Source: Candidatus Harrisonbacteria bacterium CG10_big_fil_rev_8_21_14_0_10_40_38 (GTDB lineage Bacteria > Patescibacteriota > Minisyncoccia > UBA6257 > 1-14-0-10-40-38). From it: a DNA stretch of 64,000 nt. The stretch lies in assembly GCA_002773535.1 (NCBI GenBank), contig PFAZ01000001.1, positions 241,579 through 305,578 of the forward strand, in the 5' to 3' direction. Below are positions 40,097 to 49,888 of this stretch, piece by piece. The notes beneath the pieces were generated by a model. It was not told the DNA's origin. It saw only the letters and a list, made by a program, of their open reading frames with translations, and did not search any database. The translations under genes were made by a program, and so were the position numbers. Positions within the stretch are counted from its first letter, which is position 1. Each line of letters begins with the position of its first letter.

Positions 40097-41875
40097 TCAC
40101 AACTCCTCAGTCTCTTTGAGTACATCCTCAATGTTAACAAGTCCATCAAGAGCCTTTAATATTCCATCCTGTCTAAGAGTAATCATTCCCTGTCTTCTAG
40201 TTTCCTCTAAAATCATATTTTCGTTAAATTCCGGCTTGACCATTAAATCCGCCAACTGTGAAGTCATTTCATATATTTCAAAAATTGCAATTCTGCCAAC
40301 AATTCCTTTTTTCTTACATACAGCACACCCCGTCGTCGTATACAGTTGATACGGCTCCTTGTAAGCCCCCCTGATCTCTGGTGGCAATTTTTGCAGCTCT
40401 TCTTTGATAATTTTTGCTAATGTCTCAGGCGCAGGTTTTGGCTTTTTGCAATTCTGGCAAATCTTAGAAATAAGACGCTGAGCAGCCATGGCATTAACAG
40501 CAGAAGGAAGTAAAAATGGCTGCGCTCCTAAATCAACAAGTCTTGGAATAACACCAATTGCGTTATTTGTGTGGAGTGTCGAAAGCACAATGTGGCCAGT
40601 AAGAGCAGCATGAACAGCCAAATCAGCCGTCTCACTGTCACGAATCTCACCTACCATGATTACATCAGGGTCTTGCCTCAAAATCTGCCGCAAACCTGAA
40701 GCAAAGTCATAACCTATTTCAGGTCTTACCTGCGATTGGTTAATTCCTTCTATCGTATACTCAACAGGATCCTCAAGAGAAAGGATATTTACTTCTTCAG
40801 TATTTAAAATACGCATCAAGGCATATAGCGTAGTAGTTTTACCAGATCCCGTAGGTCCTGTAAGAAGGACAATTCCATAAGGTTTATTAACACTCGATTT
40901 AAGTATCTCAAGACTTTTACCTCTGATACCCAAATCAGTAAGATCTTTAAGACCCACCGCCGGATCAAGAACACGAAGTGCTATTTTTTCACCATTTGGA
41001 GTAGGAAATGTTGCAACACGAAAATCAATCTCTTTTTCAAAAATTATTGTCCTAAACCTTCCATCCTGTGGGACACGTGTCTCATCAAGTTTCATATTAG
41101 ATAAAACTTTTACACGCGATGCTATAGCCGGGCCAAGTTCCGCCGGTAAAGCAGTAAATTCCTGCAAATCGCCATCAATACGAAAACGCACTCTGGTTTT
41201 AGTTCTACCCGGTTCAATGTGAATATCTGACGCTTCCATATTAACCGCTTCTTTGAGTAAAGAAGACGCAATACGAATTATTGGCGCATCATTAGCTCCA
41301 GAAGAAAGCCCTTCTTCAAGTTTGATAACTTGCTGAAAAGTCGTTGCTTCCTCGCCAGGTTTTCTCTTGAGAGCCCGAAGAGCCGACTCAATCTCATCGG
41401 CAAATGGCGAATATTTTCGCAAAACAGCATTAATGTCTGACGGCGTAACAATATAAACACCAATACTAAGTTTCTGCTGCGTAGCCAAAAACCTTAAAGC
41501 TTGTTGAGCATTTGGATTATCTGGATGAACCATTCCAACAACAAGCAAAGAGTCCTTTTTTGAAAGAGGAATCATCTGGTAAGATCTCGCAGTATCAGCA
41601 GGGATAATTTTTATCGTTTGATCGTCAATTGTATCCAGATCAATTTTTTTATATGGAATTTTTAAAATTCCGCTCTTTATCTTCGCAACTTCCGATTCTT
41701 CTACTAAGTTCTGACTATAAACAAGATCTTCAACATCTCTTTTAAGCTGTGCACTCTCGGTCAAAAGCCGCTTTGCGTCATGATCAGATATTATATTTTT
41801 TGCAACTAATGCAGAAATTAGATCTTGATTTTGCATAATAAAAAAAACATTGCGCGTTAAGGCAATAACAGGCAA
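40097..41875 (-). CDS. pilB: type IV pilus assembly ATPase (GspE family)
   Basis: Walker A LLTGPTGSGKTTTLYA. A C-terminal tetracysteine. An alternative start at MQNQDL (41834-41836) is possible. Confidence 0.85.
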   Translation of the reverse strand: MPVIALTRNVFFIMQNQDLISALVAKNIISDHDAKRLLTESAQLKRDVEDLVYSQNLVEESEVAKIKSGILKIPYKKIDLDTIDDQTIKIIPADTARSYQMIPLSKKDSLLVVGMVHPDNPNAQQALRFLATQQKLSIGVYIVTPSDINAVLRKYSPFADEIESALRALKRKPGEEATTFQQVIKLEEGLSSGANDAPIIRIASSLLKEAVNMEASDIHIEPGRTKTRVRFRIDGDLQEFTALPAELGPAIASRVKVLSNMKLDETRVPQDGRFRTIIFEKEIDFRVATFPTPNGEKIALRVLDPAVGLKDLTDLGIRGKSLEILKSSVNKPYGIVLLTGPTGSGKTTTLYALMRILNTEEVNILSLEDPVEYTIEGINQSQVRPEIGYDFASGLRQILRQDPDVIMVGEIRDSETADLAVHAALTGHIVLSTLHTNNAIGVIPRLVDLGAQPFLLPSAVNAMAAQRLISKICQNCKKPKPAPETLAKIIKEELQKLPPEIRGAYKEPYQLYTTTGCAVCKKKGIVGRIAIFEIYEMTSQLADLMVKPEFNENMILEETRRQGMITLRQDGILKALDGLVNIEDVLKETEEL

Positions 41876-41894
41876 AAACCACTCATATTAAAAA

Positions 41895-42188
41895 TCAAAG
41901 AGGCTGAAATGGATTATCCCGCCCAAGCGTGCCTATTGACGGTGGTCCGACAAAAACCTGTAAAGCCCGAAACGCCGGCAAACCTAAAACATCATTGGGT
42001 TTTATCGAGCTTACTGAACCAATACGCTCTGCCTGCTCCAAAGGTTCAGGCAAAACAACATCCAGTTGAGGAGAAGGAGCAAAAAATAGAAAATATGCCG
42101 CGAAAATCACAAAACCGACAATAAATAGAACAAAAAGAAGTTTTATCCAATTAATTTGCTTTTTCTCCTGTTCAAAAACAATAGCCAT
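41895..42188 (-). CDS. small pilus-cluster membrane protein
   Basis: 97 aa, single TM. Sits between pilO and pilB. Confidence 0.4.
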   Translation of the reverse strand: MAIVFEQEKKQINWIKLLFVLFIVGFVIFAAYFLFFAPSPQLDVVLPEPLEQAERIGSVSSIKPNDVLGLPAFRALQVFVGPPSIGTLGRDNPFQPL

Positions 42189-42193
42189 ATTTT

Positions 42194-42760
42194 TTAATCT
42201 TGATAATAAGCATGTAATACGACGTCGTAGGTATAGTTTTGGTCAGGCGGAGAAACAGATATCGTAAAAGAATCAACATCTAAAACACGAATATTTCGCT
42301 CAATCGAAGAAAGAAATCTTTCAAAATTCTGATAAGTTCCTTTAACCTGAAGCCTCACCTGAATCGACTGCAAAACAGGAATCACATCTGACGAACCACT
42401 ACCTGTCGCAAGAGATGGTAAGATATTAAAGTCCAGAGAAATCAAGGAAAGACCAAGTGACTGACTAAGAGAGCTTATCTGGTTAGTAAGTGTTGGATAA
42501 TCAATTCCATCAGGTATTGCCAAAGAAACATTCTGTTTGTAAGTCGCTATATCCCCTTGGGAATCTCGTATAGCTTGGGTAAGACTCTCAACGATTTCAG
42601 TCTGTCTATCGACAGCAGCCTTTTTAGAAGAAAGCTCTCCTCTTAAATCATTTATTTTTGAATACTCCGGCCTAACCAAAAGACCATAGACAAAAAACGA
42701 AGCGACTAAAAGAAGTAAACTTATAAGAAGTGTTGCGAATCGACTTGTTGAAGCATTCAT
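42194..42760 (-). CDS. pilO: PilO-like pilus assembly protein
   Basis: N-terminal TM then coiled-coil. Position after pilN. Confidence 0.6.
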   Translation of the reverse strand: MNASTSRFATLLISLLLLVASFFVYGLLVRPEYSKINDLRGELSSKKAAVDRQTEIVESLTQAIRDSQGDIATYKQNVSLAIPDGIDYPTLTNQISSLSQSLGLSLISLDFNILPSLATGSGSSDVIPVLQSIQVRLQVKGTYQNFERFLSSIERNIRVLDVDSFTISVSPPDQNYTYDVVLHAYYQD

Positions 42761-42771
42761 AATTTTAAAAT

Positions 42772-43326
42772 TTATTGCCTAAAAATATTTGGATCTAAAA
42801 ATAATGAAACTTCAAAAATAATCCTATTTCCCTCAGCAAGACCAGAATTCCTCATATGATAATTAACAATATCCTGCCTAGCCTGATAAGAAGCGAGTTG
42901 TTGAGCTAATACTTCATAAGTTGGTGCAGAAGCTTGAAAATCAACCCTTCCTGACGCAACATCAACCGTCAAATTTTTATAAAAAACCCTCTGGTTTATT
43001 GTCGCCCTTAGAATAGGAGAAAGCTTACTCATTATCACATGACTCGAAAGAACGGTTTGTAAATTTCTAAGTTGATACTGAAATTTTAGATAGGCATCTT
43101 GTTGCTCTTTTGGAACCTGTTGAGCAAGACTCTGCAGAGTCTGATCTGCATTATCAATCTGCGCCCGAACATAAGGCCTGTAACCCAGAAGAAGACCGAG
43201 GTAACTCAAAACAGTCACACCAAAAACAAACGCCATAAACAAAAGAAGCTTCCACGTGCCCTTTGAAACCGAAACACGCTCCTTCTGAAGGCGCCCGCCA
43301 ATATTCGTAGTATTTGTTGTGGCCAT
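42772..43326 (-). CDS. pilN: PilN-like pilus assembly protein
   Basis: Single TM then coiled-coil. Position after pilM. Confidence 0.6.
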   Translation of the reverse strand: MATTNTTNIGGRLQKERVSVSKGTWKLLLFMAFVFGVTVLSYLGLLLGYRPYVRAQIDNADQTLQSLAQQVPKEQQDAYLKFQYQLRNLQTVLSSHVIMSKLSPILRATINQRVFYKNLTVDVASGRVDFQASAPTYEVLAQQLASYQARQDIVNYHMRNSGLAEGNRIIFEVSLFLDPNIFRQ

Positions 43327-43327
43327 T

Positions 43328-44401
43328 TTATATAAGATCTTTCAAACTAAGACCCACTGAAACTCCAAGCAAAGAACCTATTCCACCACTCATAGATTTC
43401 AGAATTTCCGGAACCGCAATATTAGAAAAAACATTTGCTTGCACAATGGGCATCTCAAGGTGTTCTGTAAAATACTGCGGCAAGCCAATTAAATTTGATC
43501 CACCGCCAGTCACAAAAGCTCCCTCAACCTTTTCCTGATAACTCGTTTCATAATTCGAAACAAGCTTCTTCGCTTCATAAATTATAACATCGAGAATGGG
43601 TAAGATTATTGTGGATAACTCATGTTCTGCAGCGCCCTCGCCAATTCCTTTTTGCTTTTTTAGATCCTCTGCCCTCCGCTGACTTATTCCAAGTCCATTT
43701 GCAATAGCTTGTGTAATTGACCCACCTGAAAAATCAATCTGTCCGGAATACTTCAAAAATCCTTTTGAGACAATCGAAAGACTCGTTGACCTGCCACCAA
43801 TATCAATACAAAGTGTCGACTTTGGCGTTGAATCACCAAAAGATCTCGCAAGAGACATACCATCAACCTCGACAGAGTCCAATCTAAGCCCAGTAAGTCT
43901 GCATATATTTTTATATTTCTCAATATTTTCATTGGGGATAGAAATAAGCAGCACCTGTTGTTTTGACGCTCCATCTGAAACAGATTTTTCGCCCACTTTA
44001 ACCCAATCAATCGTTACAGTTTCAAGTGGAAGCGGAATATATTGCTTACCTTGTAATTCAATATATTTCTTAATCTCACTGTCAGATGCAGTTGGGACCT
44101 CGATTAAAGTAGAAAAAACAGAAAAAGCTGGTACAGAAAAAACAGCTGATTTTGTGTGATCACCCATCTTCGATAAAAGAAGTTTAAGATGACTCGCGAT
44201 ATAATTATCAGAAAGCTTTAAACTACTCGTCTGGAACGCTTCATTAAATCTCTCAAGATAACTATACGTCTCAAGGATTCCATAATTCACAAGATGAAGT
44301 TTCTTATCCTGCATCCCAACCTCAGCAACCTTTATAGAAGTCGTGCCAATATCAACCCCAAGAAGAGATCTTTGACCGGTAATCGAGTTCAAAAACGACA
44401 T
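43328..44401 (-). CDS. pilM: PilM actin-like ATPase
   Basis: LLGVDIGTTSIKVAEVG actin-fold phosphate 1. 357 aa. Confidence 0.8.
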   Translation of the reverse strand: MSFLNSITGQRSLLGVDIGTTSIKVAEVGMQDKKLHLVNYGILETYSYLERFNEAFQTSSLKLSDNYIASHLKLLLSKMGDHTKSAVFSVPAFSVFSTLIEVPTASDSEIKKYIELQGKQYIPLPLETVTIDWVKVGEKSVSDGASKQQVLLISIPNENIEKYKNICRLTGLRLDSVEVDGMSLARSFGDSTPKSTLCIDIGGRSTSLSIVSKGFLKYSGQIDFSGGSITQAIANGLGISQRRAEDLKKQKGIGEGAAEHELSTIILPILDVIIYEAKKLVSNYETSYQEKVEGAFVTGGGSNLIGLPQYFTEHLEMPIVQANVFSNIAVPEILKSMSGGIGSLLGVSVGLSLKDLI

Positions 44402-44420
44402 ATACGTGTAGAATTATAAC

Positions 44421-45137
44421 ATGCAGGAATTTCTTTCAAAAGCAAAAACTGCCTTTTTCGAAATATTATTTCCACCAATCTGCATAATTTGCAGTAGAAA
44501 TTTGATCAATGAGCATGAAAAAAATATAAATCTTTGCGAAAATTGCAAAACAGATATACAAAAAAACAACTCACTTACATGCCCAACCTGTAAATCAAGA
44601 CTTCCGCAAAACAAAAATACTTGTCATAGATCAAGTTATTATCTCGCCGCCGCCACAAATTATAACGACCAAAAAATCAGAGACCTCATCTGGAAACTAA
44701 AATATGGAAAAATCACCGCCGCAGCAAAACCACTTTCCAATCTACTTAGTGAACATTTTAATCTTTTAAATCTAGATATTGAAAATCCTATAGTTATCCC
44801 TATCCCTCTACACAAAAATAGAAAGGCTGAAAGAGGTTTTAATCAAGCAGAACTTATTGCCACTCACTTTGCAAAAAATCAAAATCTTAAAATTTCAGAC
44901 GGTATACTCATGCGAACAAAATACACCCCACCCCAAGCCGAAACAAAAACAGCAAAAGAACGCCACAAAAATCTTGAAAACAGTTTCAAAATAAAAAATG
45001 CATCTGTGATAGAAAATAAAACAATTATTCTAATAGATGACGTATTCACAACAGGCGCTACAGCCGAAGCCGCTATATCAGTTATAAAAGAACATAATCC
45101 AAAAAAAGTTATTGTCGCAGTCATAGCCCACGCCTAA
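44421..45137 (+). CDS. comFC: ComF family protein (zinc finger plus phosphoribosyltransferase domain)
   Basis: CxxC...CxxC N-terminus. PRTase motif IILIDDVFTTGAT. Confidence 0.75.
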   Translation: MQEFLSKAKTAFFEILFPPICIICSRNLINEHEKNINLCENCKTDIQKNNSLTCPTCKSRLPQNKNTCHRSSYYLAAATNYNDQKIRDLIWKLKYGKITAAAKPLSNLLSEHFNLLNLDIENPIVIPIPLHKNRKAERGFNQAELIATHFAKNQNLKISDGILMRTKYTPPQAETKTAKERHKNLENSFKIKNASVIENKTIILIDDVFTTGATAEAAISVIKEHNPKKVIVAVIAHA

Positions 45138-45208
45138 CCTCTTCCAAGTCCATAATTCACATTTTAGTTTTCAGTTGTAAGTATTAAGTTATAAGTTATA
45201 TTTAAAGC

Positions 45209-46162
45209 ATGTTAGAAAATGCAATAAAAGGGTTTTATAAACAGCTTGAGTTAGATCCAGAAGTAAAAAATAGAGAAAAACTGGAAAAAAGAGACGAATT
45301 TATTGTTGCGGGCATGGGAGGATCCCATCTTGGTGCAGACCTCATCGCCTGCGCAGATCACACCATTCCTCTCAAGATCCACCACGATTACAACTTACCA
45401 GAAAGATTAACCAATGAACTTCTGATAGCAAGCTCTTACTCCGGAAACACAGAAGAAGCAATTAGCGCCTTAGATTTTGCAAATAAAAACAACACTCCCT
45501 CCGCCGCTATATCGGTAGGCGGAAAACTTTTAGAATTGGCAGAAAGCAAAGGTGTCCCCTATATAAAAATCCCAGATACAGGCATCCAACCCCGCTCTGC
45601 CGTGGGTTTCAGCGTAATAGGCACATTAGCGCTCATGAATAAAATGGATGAAATTAACTCCCTAAAATCAATGGGATCAAAAAACGCAGAAGAACGCAGA
45701 GTAGAAGCAAATACCGTAGCCGAAGCTCTAAAAAACAAAATTCCCGTAATCTATAGCTCAACCCGCAACGAAGCTGTAGCAGCAAACTGGAAAATAAGAA
45801 TAAACGAAACAGGAAAAATCCCTTCGTTTTGGAATACTATCCCCGAAGCAAATCACAACGAACTTATCGGATTTGAAAAACACAAAGAAACTTCAAACTT
45901 TGCCGACATTTTCGGTTTTATATTTCTTAAAGATTCCGAAGATCACCCAAGAATCCATAAACGCATGGAAATCCAGAAAAACATGTACGAAGAATGGGGT
46001 TACAAGGTTCAGATAGTTGAACTTACAGGGAAAAATCGCTGGGAGAAGATACTTTCTAGCATAGTAATGGCCGATTGGACCGCATATCACATTTCAGAAA
46101 CATATGGACTCGAACCAGAAGAAGTTGAAACTGTTGAAAGATTCAAAAAACTTTTGGGCTAA
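45209..46162 (+). CDS. SIS-domain bifunctional phosphoglucose/phosphomannose isomerase family protein
   Basis: SIS motifs VAGMGGSHLGADL and SYSGNTEE. Confidence 0.65.
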   Translation: MLENAIKGFYKQLELDPEVKNREKLEKRDEFIVAGMGGSHLGADLIACADHTIPLKIHHDYNLPERLTNELLIASSYSGNTEEAISALDFANKNNTPSAAISVGGKLLELAESKGVPYIKIPDTGIQPRSAVGFSVIGTLALMNKMDEINSLKSMGSKNAEERRVEANTVAEALKNKIPVIYSSTRNEAVAANWKIRINETGKIPSFWNTIPEANHNELIGFEKHKETSNFADIFGFIFLKDSEDHPRIHKRMEIQKNMYEEWGYKVQIVELTGKNRWEKILSSIVMADWTAYHISETYGLEPEEVETVERFKKLLG

Positions 46163-46791
46163 TGGAAAAAATATCGCTCCATAGCGGCTCGTCCGCTCTA
46201 GTTGTTGTTGCGCATCCCGATGACGAAACAATATGGATGGGCGGCACCATCATCAAAAACCCAAAAGTTAAATGGGAAATTTGCGTGCTCACAAGAGGCG
46301 ACGATCCGGATAGAGCCCCAAAGTTTAAAAAAGTTTCAAAATTTTTAAAATCAAATGGTAAAATATCCGACCTCGAAGACAAGGGGTTATTAAACATTCG
46401 TGACAGCATACCTGAAATCAAAAACCGCCTCTCGCGCCTCCTCTCAAAAAAAACCTTTACGTATCTATTTACACACGGTTATAATGGCGAATACGGACAC
46501 CCGAGACACAAAGCAGTTCACAAAGCAATGAAAGATATGGTTGAAAACGAAAGAGTTTTAAAAATTGAAAATGCATTCTGTTTTAGTTATGAAATGGATG
46601 ACTCAAAGAAAAAACCTATCATGAAAGCAATTGGTGCAAAAAACGGATACGAAACAAAGCTTACAGAAAAAGAGCTAAGAGAAAAAAGGGACGTTATCGA
46701 AAAAATATACGGATTTCGAGAAGATTCTTTTGAGTCAAAAGCTTGTCTCAATCGTGAGACATTTATTAAAGGATTTAAAAAAATAAAATAA
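46162..46791 (+). CDS. PIG-L/LmbE family deacetylase
   Basis: AHPDDE motif and H-x-x-H. Start overlaps the previous stop (TAATG). Confidence 0.7.
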   Translation: MEKISLHSGSSALVVVAHPDDETIWMGGTIIKNPKVKWEICVLTRGDDPDRAPKFKKVSKFLKSNGKISDLEDKGLLNIRDSIPEIKNRLSRLLSKKTFTYLFTHGYNGEYGHPRHKAVHKAMKDMVENERVLKIENAFCFSYEMDDSKKKPIMKAIGAKNGYETKLTEKELREKRDVIEKIYGFREDSFESKACLNRETFIKGFKKIK

Positions 46792-46802
46792 TAAAACTCA
46801 AT

Positions 46803-47951
46803 ATGCGATCAGTAATTCTATACGCCTATCCGCCAGAGCCGGATGGATTAAGCCTTCAAGGAGATCTTCTATACCACGGTATGAAAGAAAATGGAGAAGA
46901 AGCAATCCCTTGTCACATTTCAAGCGAATTTCAAAAAGAGTGGAGTTATAAATATTTTAAACCCGATGTCGCCATCGGTGTCGGGTACTGGGGGCACACA
47001 CCAGACCTCATCCTACACCCTCAACAATTTGGCGTTACCCCAATACCATGGTTTGTAGCAGATGGCTGGATCGCCAACTATCACGACGCCATAAGCTCAC
47101 TACCACTGGTTCTCGCAACCAGCACATGGGTCAAAAAAACATACGAAAGAGATGGTGTAAATACAAAAAACTTTGAAGTCGTGCCTATCGGCTTTGATTT
47201 AGATCTTTTTAAACCAATTTCAAGGTCAGATCCGAGAGTCAAAATGGTCCGCAAGATGTTAAAGATTGCCGACGATGAGCTTATGATTCTCACAATCGGT
47301 GGCGATGTCACCTCAAAAGGCGCGCAGGAAGTCCTTAAGGCACTAAAACACATAGATAAAGAGTTTAAAAAATGGAAATACGTTTGCAAAGTCTGGGGTG
47401 GTGATTCTGCAGATGATCACTACGACGCAGAAATGGCGCTTATTGAAGAACTCGGGGAAGAATCAAAAGACAAAGTTATCTACCTCGAAGGCTCACTCTC
47501 GCCTGACTTTATGCCGGTTTTACTCTCTGCCGCAGACATATATGCCGCGCCAAGTCGTCTCGAAGGTTTTGGCATGATTCAAGTAGAAGCCCAAGCTTGT
47601 GGAATACCGGTAATATCAATAGATAAAATGGGACCACAGGAAACAATTTTACACGGCGAAACAGGGTTTCTCGCAAAAGTTGCAGAAACAGTTGAGCTCA
47701 CAAGTGAAATAGTTCACCCAGGAATGGGTTTTGAAGAAGAAGGAAGAATTCACTTCGAAAAACCAAAAATTTTTGCCTATAGAGCAGATATAAACGAACT
47801 GGCTGATTTTCTCCTCAAACTTCTTACAAATAAAGAATTAAGAGAAAAAATGGGATCACGTGGTCGTGAGCATGCCCTTGCAAGTTTCGAATACCACAAA
47901 ATCTCCAAAAAAATCGCAGACCTCGCCAAAGAACGCCTCAACCTTTTATAA
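46803..47951 (+). CDS. glycosyltransferase family 4 (GT4)
   Basis: C-terminal EGFGMIQVEAQACGIPVI motif. Confidence 0.7.
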   Translation: MRSVILYAYPPEPDGLSLQGDLLYHGMKENGEEAIPCHISSEFQKEWSYKYFKPDVAIGVGYWGHTPDLILHPQQFGVTPIPWFVADGWIANYHDAISSLPLVLATSTWVKKTYERDGVNTKNFEVVPIGFDLDLFKPISRSDPRVKMVRKMLKIADDELMILTIGGDVTSKGAQEVLKALKHIDKEFKKWKYVCKVWGGDSADDHYDAEMALIEELGEESKDKVIYLEGSLSPDFMPVLLSAADIYAAPSRLEGFGMIQVEAQACGIPVISIDKMGPQETILHGETGFLAKVAETVELTSEIVHPGMGFEEEGRIHFEKPKIFAYRADINELADFLLKLLTNKELREKMGSRGREHALASFEYHKISKKIADLAKERLNLL

Positions 47952-48512
47952 TCTTGAGTTATTAGCGAAATATTATAACCCTGAGTCGCATCAAAGGGTC
48001 TAATTTGACTTTTATATAAAAATAAGTTACTATAAAGACAAAAACTTTCCACCCCAAACCTGAGAAGAATCGAGGTTTCTCATACTAGAACTCACCGAAG
48101 CAGAACAAGCTGTCACGGATTTCGAGGCGAAGTCTCACGTCACTGAAAGTGACGTAGCAGAACTCCTTGCCTCCTGCAGCAAAGAAGCAGTCGTAGAACT
48201 ACGAGACCAAGAGCCAACTCCCTTGTTCCTCATAAGAGTTTGCGCTCTTGTGAGAAGACTTGAGGCGGCACAGCACACCGTTGCCGGCACGAGAATATAG
48301 CGCACATCACCACTGCTCTCGAACACCTCATAATCCTTTTCAGCAAAATCATGGATTATCGAAGCGAGGTTCAAAAACTAGAACCCCGCGGAAAACTTGA
48401 AGAGGCTGGAAAATACTTCCTTCTCTACAAGATTGAATGGGCAATGAGAATCCTTTCCACAACCGTTCACGAGTGGGGGTATTAACCCCCCCACCAACCC
48501 TTACACCCCCAA

Positions 48513-48546
48513 CGCCGGACACACATGTCCGGCGCTTCTATTTTTT
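48513..48546 (+). terminator. rho-independent terminator
   Basis: cgccggacac-acat-gtccggcg stem followed by cttctatttttt. Confidence 0.65.
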
Positions 48547-48684
48547 AAGCCACATCAGATCATTTAGAATTTTGGTATTTAATTAGTAATTAGAGTAATT
48601 AGAGCAATTAGAAATTAGAAATTTGTCTTAAGTCTTAAGTCTTTAGTTTTAAGTCTTAAGTATTCCACATTCTTCATTCTTCAG

Positions 48685-49866
48685 TTATCTAAAATATAGC
48701 ACTTTTTTTCTCTTAACGGAATTGTACGCAAACGCATACATGCCGGCAGACCATCCTTGATACAAATTGCTTCCCCCAGCAGGCATACCCGTAATCCCAT
48801 GCAACCACTCATGAAAACCCCATTCTCTATCTGACCCCTTCTTATTCGCCTCTGCAAGCTTCATAAGAGCTGTTTTTGCCTTCTCATGTCTTCCAGCCTT
48901 AACCAAAGCCGCAACATAAAGTCCACCAACATACGGCCAAACACCGCCATTTAGATAATTAAACGGCTTCCCCGCCTCACTTTCAGAAAAATAGTCATGC
49001 CATTCTCTATCACCTTCCTTTATTGGCGGTGAAATCGATTTACATGGGTAAGGATCATTAACTCCTGTTTGTTCAACATAATCAAGAATAGAGTTTGCGA
49101 TAGAAGGAGTGGCAAGCCCGGTTATAATCGCCAAAAAATTACCGGTAGAATCAAACCACGTCTCCTGCTCTCTATCATTCGGACCATGAGTTTTCCATAT
49201 CCACGGCAGATAATATCCCCTATCAGCATCATAAAGAGAAAGATATTTTTCCACTTCGCCGTTAACAACTCGTCTTATATGATCCGCCAACTTTTTCTTT
49301 CCCGCAAATTTAAGAGCGCCATAATAAAGAGCTTGCGTGTTGATAGTCCTTCCATATTTATGTGGAAATGCATCAAGCCAGTCAGAAGTTGGAAGTTGTG
49401 CAAGAAGCTTATCCTCATTTGGATCTTGATAAGAAAGCCACGTAAATGCCTGTTCAAGATTTGAAGCATATTTTTTCAAAAGAGATTTATCTCTATAAGC
49501 AGCCGCGAAAGCATAGTTGCCGACAATATACCAAAGAGTTGAATCGATTGAGTTAAAAGTAACATCGCTCCGCCTCTCTGTATTATAACTGCCAACTGCG
49601 TTTGGAATCTGGCCTAATTTACTCTGCTTTTTTGAAAGCGTATCTATGCTTTTTTCAAAAGTCTTTTTAAATTCATCACCGGAAGACGCCGCGCCAAGCG
49701 AAGTTATCATACTATCCCGCGCCCAAACAGCTTCATATCCACCAGGTAAACCAGAAGCAAAAAAGCCTTTCGCCCTTACGCATGCCCTTAAAACAACAAG
49801 AGAGGCGTCATAGCCCTCATGAATTAGAAAAAATGGATCCTGCTCTTTTTCTTTTATATTCTTCAT
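48685..49866 (-). CDS. (alpha/alpha)6-barrel glycoside hydrolase-like protein (GDE_C/GH63/GH100-like)
   Basis: AVWARDS motif, Trp-rich six-hairpin pattern. 393 aa. Confidence 0.5.
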   Translation of the reverse strand: MKNIKEKEQDPFFLIHEGYDASLVVLRACVRAKGFFASGLPGGYEAVWARDSMITSLGAASSGDEFKKTFEKSIDTLSKKQSKLGQIPNAVGSYNTERRSDVTFNSIDSTLWYIVGNYAFAAAYRDKSLLKKYASNLEQAFTWLSYQDPNEDKLLAQLPTSDWLDAFPHKYGRTINTQALYYGALKFAGKKKLADHIRRVVNGEVEKYLSLYDADRGYYLPWIWKTHGPNDREQETWFDSTGNFLAIITGLATPSIANSILDYVEQTGVNDPYPCKSISPPIKEGDREWHDYFSESEAGKPFNYLNGGVWPYVGGLYVAALVKAGRHEKAKTALMKLAEANKKGSDREWGFHEWLHGITGMPAGGSNLYQGWSAGMYAFAYNSVKRKKVLYFR

Positions 49867-49888
49867 AGATTGTCAGTCTAGCACAAAA

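Noticed and set aside
48050-48510. RNase P RNA or tmRNA in the GC-rich non-coding patch
   Set aside because: Universal motifs are absent on both strands: for RNase P, GGAAAGTCCGGGC and ACAGAANCCGGCTTA; for tmRNA, the tRNA-like ends and a tag ORF.
48580-48670. Tandem short repeats (taattag and gtcttaa units) that might suggest a CRISPR array
   Set aside because: The units are 6-8 nt AT-rich microsatellites with no regular 25-40-nt repeat/spacer periodicity and no cas genes nearby.
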